64,000 bases of DNA from a virus, in the IMG/VR virus record IMGVR_UViG_3300034954_001721, one strand, 5' to 3'. Each line of letters opens with the position of its first letter. Position 1 is the stretch's first letter. The position numbers and the translations under genes were made by a program. Under the pieces are notes generated by a model. It had not been told where the DNA came from. It did no database searches and saw only the letters and a list, made by a program, of their open reading frames with translations. This document shows positions 59,072-64,000 of this stretch, one piece after another.

Positions 59072-60999
59072 TGTTAGCACAACAATCACTATTTAAAAGC
59101 GGCACTAGTATTACCAACATTCAGAAGTCTTTGAACAGTTTTGGTGTTGGACTCAGAAAAGCTAATAATACATCTTCAGTAATCATACGTGGACTTGTAG
59201 AAGGAAATAGGGAAAAAGAAAAAGCAATTAGATCAAGACTAGGTGTATTTGAAAAGAGAAGAGAAGCAGTAAGAAGAAGAGAAAGGGAAGATATAATTGA
59301 AGCAGGAAAAGTTCAGTCATTAGGAATAGGTTCTGCAACACAAAAAGCTGTTACATCAAGCACTCAAGGATTCTTAGGAAGAGTCATGAAGTTTGTTGGA
59401 ACTATTTTTGTTGGATGGTTACTTACAAATCTTCCGAAAATTATTAAAGGTGCGGAAGAACTAATCACTAAGATGACAGTTGTTTATAATACTCTTCGTG
59501 GTTGGGTTGATAACACGACAAATTTCTTTAAAAACTTTAATCTTTCACTTGATGGTCTTTATGGGCGCATTTTTAACCCACGAGAGGATGATGTTAGACA
59601 ACAAGAAAATCAATTTAACTCTGCCAATTCTGATGTTGAAAATGCAGTCAATAGTATGTTTTTGGATTTGCAGAAGGGAATAACAAACTTGAGAGATTTT
59701 GATTTACTTGCTATTATGAGAAGCATGTTTGTTTCTAATAATAACAATAACAATAATAATCGTAGTACTTCTGGTGATGCTGCTACGGCAGGAAAATATG
59801 GACCAATCTTAAATTTAATTGGAAGTGCTGAGGGTGGATATACTTCTATTGCACCAAACGATAAGAATGATAATCTAACAAATATGACGATTGCTGAAGC
59901 AGCAAATGCAAAGGGTGAAAATGGTGGCACTGGTGCAATTGGCAAATATCAATTAACAAATCCCATTCAGCAAGCAGTTAATGCTGGATTGGATCCAGAA
60001 AAAGATTTATTTAATGAAGAGAATCAAGATTTAATTGCAATATCTTTGATTAAGGGTAGAGGAATAACTGCCGATATGATTATAAATGATCCTATTAGGG
60101 CAGCAAGTCTTCTTGCAATGGAATTTGCTGGTATTCCAGTATTAGCAGATCAACAAGGATACGTGCAGTCTGTTCAGAGGGGTCAAAGTTATTATAGAGG
60201 ATTCAATGGCAATAAAGCTACTATTGCACCAGAAGACGTTGAAGCAGCATTCAAACAGTTTGGGCAAACAGGAAAACTAGATTTAAGTAAAAGATTTACT
60301 AAAGGAGAAGATGTAAGTGCATTAGGTGCTCCAGCAACAATCACATCAATTAAAGGTGCTTTTGAAAACTTTAGAACAAAACCTCATGGTGGTCTTGATA
60401 TTGGATGTGCTGCTGGTCTTTATATTGCATTAAGAGCTGATTGTGAAGTTGTTGGGACAAAGGATGATCCTGGATATGGTCTTGTTATTGACGTATGGGT
60501 GCCTTCGGTTGGTGTTCAACTTAGATTTGCACATAATAGTTCAATCATTATCAAGTCTGGTGCTATTCCAGCAGGAACTTCTTTTGCTGTTACTGGTAGC
60601 ACTGGCAAGTCTACAGGACCACATATTCACTTGGAGGCATCAACAGAAAAAGGTTCTACAAACTACGGTGGCAATACATCACCAGATCCATACGTTGGAT
60701 TAATTATGCTTTCTGCTGCTCAAATTGATAGAAAACCAGGACAAATACCAGATCTTAGTGGTCGCGGTGGTCCTTCTTTAGAGGGAATAGGTATGAATGA
60801 TATTGGTAGTACGGTTGCAACTTCCAGAAATAAAGGTTCTGTCATCCCTGTACCAATTCCTGTGGGAGGACAGCAATCTCAATCGCCTGCAGTAGTAATG
60901 TCTGGTGGTGGAGGTAATGGTGGAACAAAAACTGTTGTCGTAAATGAGTTAAATAGTTTCATCACAAATAATCTTCTTAGAGAGTTAGAATATACATAA
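59071..60999 (+). CDS. Tail-associated protein with lysozyme-like and M23 peptidase domains
   Basis: IGSAEGGY...GAIGKYQ...NQD; HGGLD, FAH, GSTGKSTGPHIHLE. Confidence 0.75.
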   Translation: MLAQQSLFKSGTSITNIQKSLNSFGVGLRKANNTSSVIIRGLVEGNREKEKAIRSRLGVFEKRREAVRRREREDIIEAGKVQSLGIGSATQKAVTSSTQGFLGRVMKFVGTIFVGWLLTNLPKIIKGAEELITKMTVVYNTLRGWVDNTTNFFKNFNLSLDGLYGRIFNPREDDVRQQENQFNSANSDVENAVNSMFLDLQKGITNLRDFDLLAIMRSMFVSNNNNNNNNRSTSGDAATAGKYGPILNLIGSAEGGYTSIAPNDKNDNLTNMTIAEAANAKGENGGTGAIGKYQLTNPIQQAVNAGLDPEKDLFNEENQDLIAISLIKGRGITADMIINDPIRAASLLAMEFAGIPVLADQQGYVQSVQRGQSYYRGFNGNKATIAPEDVEAAFKQFGQTGKLDLSKRFTKGEDVSALGAPATITSIKGAFENFRTKPHGGLDIGCAAGLYIALRADCEVVGTKDDPGYGLVIDVWVPSVGVQLRFAHNSSIIIKSGAIPAGTSFAVTGSTGKSTGPHIHLEASTEKGSTNYGGNTSPDPYVGLIMLSAAQIDRKPGQIPDLSGRGGPSLEGIGMNDIGSTVATSRNKGSVIPVPIPVGGQQSQSPAVVMSGGGGNGGTKTVVVNELNSFITNNLLRELEYT

Positions 61000-62318
61000 T
61001 GCCAAGTAAAAAAGCGTCAGATCCATCAGAATACATAGAAGTACTCATTGAATCTAACGATAAATCCCAGAGTGCTGATTTAAGACTTGGTGTCCAGTCT
61101 ATAAATTATTATGAAGACATTTTTTCACCAACGATTACAGCAAAGATTATTGTTACCACTACTGGTAATGCCTTTGATGGTAAAGGAATTTATCAAGGAC
61201 TTCCATTAAGAGGTGGAGAAAGAGTATCTCTCAATATTAAAGGTAATGCAGAAAGTCCTGGATTAAACTTTTCAAAAAATACTGATGATTATTTGTATGT
61301 CTCAAGTATAACAAATATTATCAGTGAACCTCAAGTTGAGACATTTGTTCTTAATCTTTGTTCTAGAGAAGCGATTACAAATGAAACGACAAGAGTAGTA
61401 AAGAAATATCCATCTTCTTCACCAATATCTGGTTCTGTAGAATCAATTTTGACGGAACTTATTCAAACAAGAAAACCAATTGATTCTGACCAGACTTCTA
61501 ATAAGTATGGTTTCATTGGAAATATGAGAAAACCTTTCACCGTACTTACTTGGTTAGCATCCAAGGCAGCACCAGAATCTGGTATTGCTGGTTATGTGTT
61601 CTATCAAACTCAAGACGGATACAAATTTAAATCTCTTGATAAATTAATTACTCAGGAACCAAAAGATAGATTCTATTATACAACAGTTACCGATGGTAAT
61701 GCACACGTTGGGTCTGTATTTGGTGAAGATAAAATTATAATGGCATATGTTACTAATAGAAATCAAAATATGCTTGAAAAATTAAGACTGGGTTCTTATT
61801 GTTCTCATCGTGCATATTTTGATCCACTTACATTTAGAGTAACTCCACCAGAGAAAAGAAGATTTACTATTGACGATTATGGTAAAGTAAAAAATCTGGG
61901 CAAAAAATTGAAATTGCCAAAGATTAGTGAGACCTCTGATAAGACTTTAGGAGAAATTCCAACAAGGATGATTACTGGTATTTTAGATAGAGGAACTATT
62001 GAAAAAGATGTGAAAAAAGATTTGAATGCAGACCCACTTGAAAATCAATCACAATCATTACTTAGATATAATAGTCTATTCACACAGACCTTAACAATTA
62101 CTATTCCTTCAAATACTAATTTGAGGGCAGGTGATATTATTGAATGTTCTTTTCCAGTTACTTCAACAAAAAAAGAAAAAGAATTTGACCAGGAGCAAAG
62201 TGGTCTATATATGATTAAAGAGTTATGCCATCAATTCAATGCAGAGGGGTCATATACCTCTGCAAAGTTGATTAGAGATACATTTGGTCAATACGGAACA
62301 AATAACAAAGAGAACTGA
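60999..62318 (+). CDS. Baseplate hub protein (gp27-like)
   Basis: YYEDIFSP, LPLRGGE, FYQTQDGYKFKS, SGLYMIKELCH; directly before gp5. Confidence 0.6.
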   Translation: MPSKKASDPSEYIEVLIESNDKSQSADLRLGVQSINYYEDIFSPTITAKIIVTTTGNAFDGKGIYQGLPLRGGERVSLNIKGNAESPGLNFSKNTDDYLYVSSITNIISEPQVETFVLNLCSREAITNETTRVVKKYPSSSPISGSVESILTELIQTRKPIDSDQTSNKYGFIGNMRKPFTVLTWLASKAAPESGIAGYVFYQTQDGYKFKSLDKLITQEPKDRFYYTTVTDGNAHVGSVFGEDKIIMAYVTNRNQNMLEKLRLGSYCSHRAYFDPLTFRVTPPEKRRFTIDDYGKVKNLGKKLKLPKISETSDKTLGEIPTRMITGILDRGTIEKDVKKDLNADPLENQSQSLLRYNSLFTQTLTITIPSNTNLRAGDIIECSFPVTSTKKEKEFDQEQSGLYMIKELCHQFNAEGSYTSAKLIRDTFGQYGTNNKEN

Positions 62319-64000
62319 TGTTAGAGGAGTCATTACTAAAAACTAATTTTATTGGTAGAGACGGATTCCGATGGTGGATTGGACAGACTGCTCCTGCTTC
62401 TGCACAAGGTAATCAAGCAAATGGTGGCGGATGGGGAAATCGTTTCAAAGTTCGTATTTTTGGTTATCATCCATATACTACTGTTGAACTTCCTGATGAA
62501 GATTTGCCTTGGGCGATTGCAATTCTTGGTTGTACTGATGGTTCTGGTGCTTCAAATAGAGCTACGTCTGTAAAGATTGCACCTGGTGATACTGTATTTG
62601 GTTTCTTCCTTGATGGTGATGATGCACAGCAACCTGCAATTCTTGGTGTTTTTGGTAGAACAGACCAGGTTCCATCATCAACGTACAAGAATCCATTTGA
62701 ACCGTTCACTGGATTTACAGGCAGAATCAAACCTGCAGCTGGTGGAGTTATTGTACCAAATCAAGCAAACGAACAGACCACAACAGCACAAAAAGCACCA
62801 CGTTCAGTTGATAAACAAACTGCCGATAAACTGAATAAACAGGCAGAAAGTTCTACTCAAACTGATGAAGTTCTTGCGGCAGAAGACGCCGCTTTAGCAG
62901 AAGCACAAGCAAAAGAAAAGGCAGCAACTACAAAAGAAGTTTCTTCAAGTCGTGCTATTGGTAAAAAAGTTACTGCTGCAAATGCTAATGAAGATAGTGC
63001 TGTTGCAAGAATAAAGAATGATGTTGATAATTTTACTAAGAGTGTAGCAGAAATTACAGGAAGCATTCAAGGTGCTGTTAATGGTGCAAATGAATTTGTA
63101 GGAAAAAAGAAGCAACAATTATTTGAATTAATTGATACTCAAACTGCCAATATTCAGAAGGGCAGTGCTCGTATGATTCAAGATATAACTACAAATTTAT
63201 CGAATGTTCTTGTACCAACTCTAAATTTTGGTCTTCAAGCATTATATGATTCTGTATATGCAGTAGTTTTTGCTGCAACAGGAAGCGATCCAGCGGCAGA
63301 TACTGCAGGAATAATTGCACAAGCAACACTCATTGGTCCAGTAAAGGAAATTTCGGATGCAATACCTTGTATTGCTAATAAAGTTATAGCAGGTATTGGA
63401 GATGTAATTAAAGGAGTTCTTCAGAGTGTTGCTGATAATGTTACAAATTTTGTTTCATGTATTGGAGACCAGGTTGTTGGTGCTTTAATGAATCACATTA
63501 TCGGTGGTGTGACAAGTTTCCTTGGACCTTTGATGGCAGGTGTCGATAAAATTCTAATGGGATTTGACATCGGTACTTGGTTAGGTGGAACGGGTAGTGC
63601 AATCTTAGGTATTGCACAAGAACTTGGATGTAATCAGATTGCACCAGAATTTGACCTTGCATCAGATGAGTGGGTAATTGGAAAAGGATTTAGTGATGAG
63701 GATGGTGTTCCTGTAGATGAAATTTTAAATACTGCAAATGAAGCGTTAGCGGTTGCTCAGGATTTATCTGCGCTGCCAATTGATTTGGTTCAAGATATTG
63801 CTTCCATCACTGGATCATTAGGATATTTTGATTTTATGAATCCAAGTGTATCAACACCAGGATTTGAAAGTCCTCTGAGTAAGTGTTACGCAGGACCACC
63901 AGAACTTGGTGGATGTGGTGGCACAAAAGTTAAAATTTTTGGTGGTGGAATCAAAGGTGTTGGTGGCATTGCAAATGCAATTGTTCAGGTTGCTCAAGGT
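62318..64000 (+). CDS. gp5: Baseplate hub/spike protein gp5, partial (runs off the window; not in ORF track)
   Basis: MLEESLLKTNFIGRDGFRWWIGQ...RFKVRIFGYHP...DEDLPWA...VFGFFLDGDDAQQP, gp5 OB domain. Confidence 0.85.
   Translation, partial: MLEESLLKTNFIGRDGFRWWIGQTAPASAQGNQANGGGWGNRFKVRIFGYHPYTTVELPDEDLPWAIAILGCTDGSGASNRATSVKIAPGDTVFGFFLDGDDAQQPAILGVFGRTDQVPSSTYKNPFEPFTGFTGRIKPAAGGVIVPNQANEQTTTAQKAPRSVDKQTADKLNKQAESSTQTDEVLAAEDAALAEAQAKEKAATTKEVSSSRAIGKKVTAANANEDSAVARIKNDVDNFTKSVAEITGSIQGAVNGANEFVGKKKQQLFELIDTQTANIQKGSARMIQDITTNLSNVLVPTLNFGLQALYDSVYAVVFAATGSDPAADTAGIIAQATLIGPVKEISDAIPCIANKVIAGIGDVIKGVLQSVADNVTNFVSCIGDQVVGALMNHIIGGVTSFLGPLMAGVDKILMGFDIGTWLGGTGSAILGIAQELGCNQIAPEFDLASDEWVIGKGFSDEDGVPVDEILNTANEALAVAQDLSALPIDLVQDIASITGSLGYFDFMNPSVSTPGFESPLSKCYAGPPELGGCGGTKVKIFGGGIKGVGGIANAIVQVAQG

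Noticed and set aside
62352-63066. Short track ORFs near the window end
   Set aside because: They overlap the real gp5 frame starting at 62318, which the track missed because it has no stop within the window

Overview
64 kb of a T4-like cyanomyophage genome, most likely infecting Synechococcus or Prochlorococcus. The call rests on psbA/psbD/hli/petE/petF/talC, T4 core genes (gp32, gp33, gp59, gp4, gp48, gp53, gp26/51, gp5), sigma70-type early promoters and TAAATA late promoters. Layout: (1) 1-6.4 kb, surface-glycan island with glycosyltransferases and an NDP-heptose pathway; (2) 6.4-16.2 kb, photosynthesis/carbon AMG island that includes a full-length glycogen phosphorylase; (3) 16.2-40.7 kb, fibre/virion protein island with giant modular fibres built from Cys-rich repeat cassettes and an S8 protease carrying a cupredoxin-like insert; (4) 40.7-44.5 kb, sulfotransferase, GT9-like glycosyltransferase and carbamoyltransferase cassette; (5) 44.5-53 kb, nucleotide/replication genes; (6) 53-64 kb, baseplate/tail module, with gp5 cut by the window end. 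The strongest candidate novel systems are four. First, a nitrogen-sensing unit: NtcA box, promoter, tandem glutamine-riboswitch-like aptamers (the second with a whole 55-aa ORF inside its P2 loop) and a DUF4278-like peptide. Second, Cys-rich fibre cassettes with an adjacent modification cassette. Third, a -1 slippery site joining gp26-like and gp51-like genes. Fourth, an endonuclease insertion that replaced the 5' end of a Mom-like DNA-modification gene. All family assignments come from motif recognition only; no searches were run.
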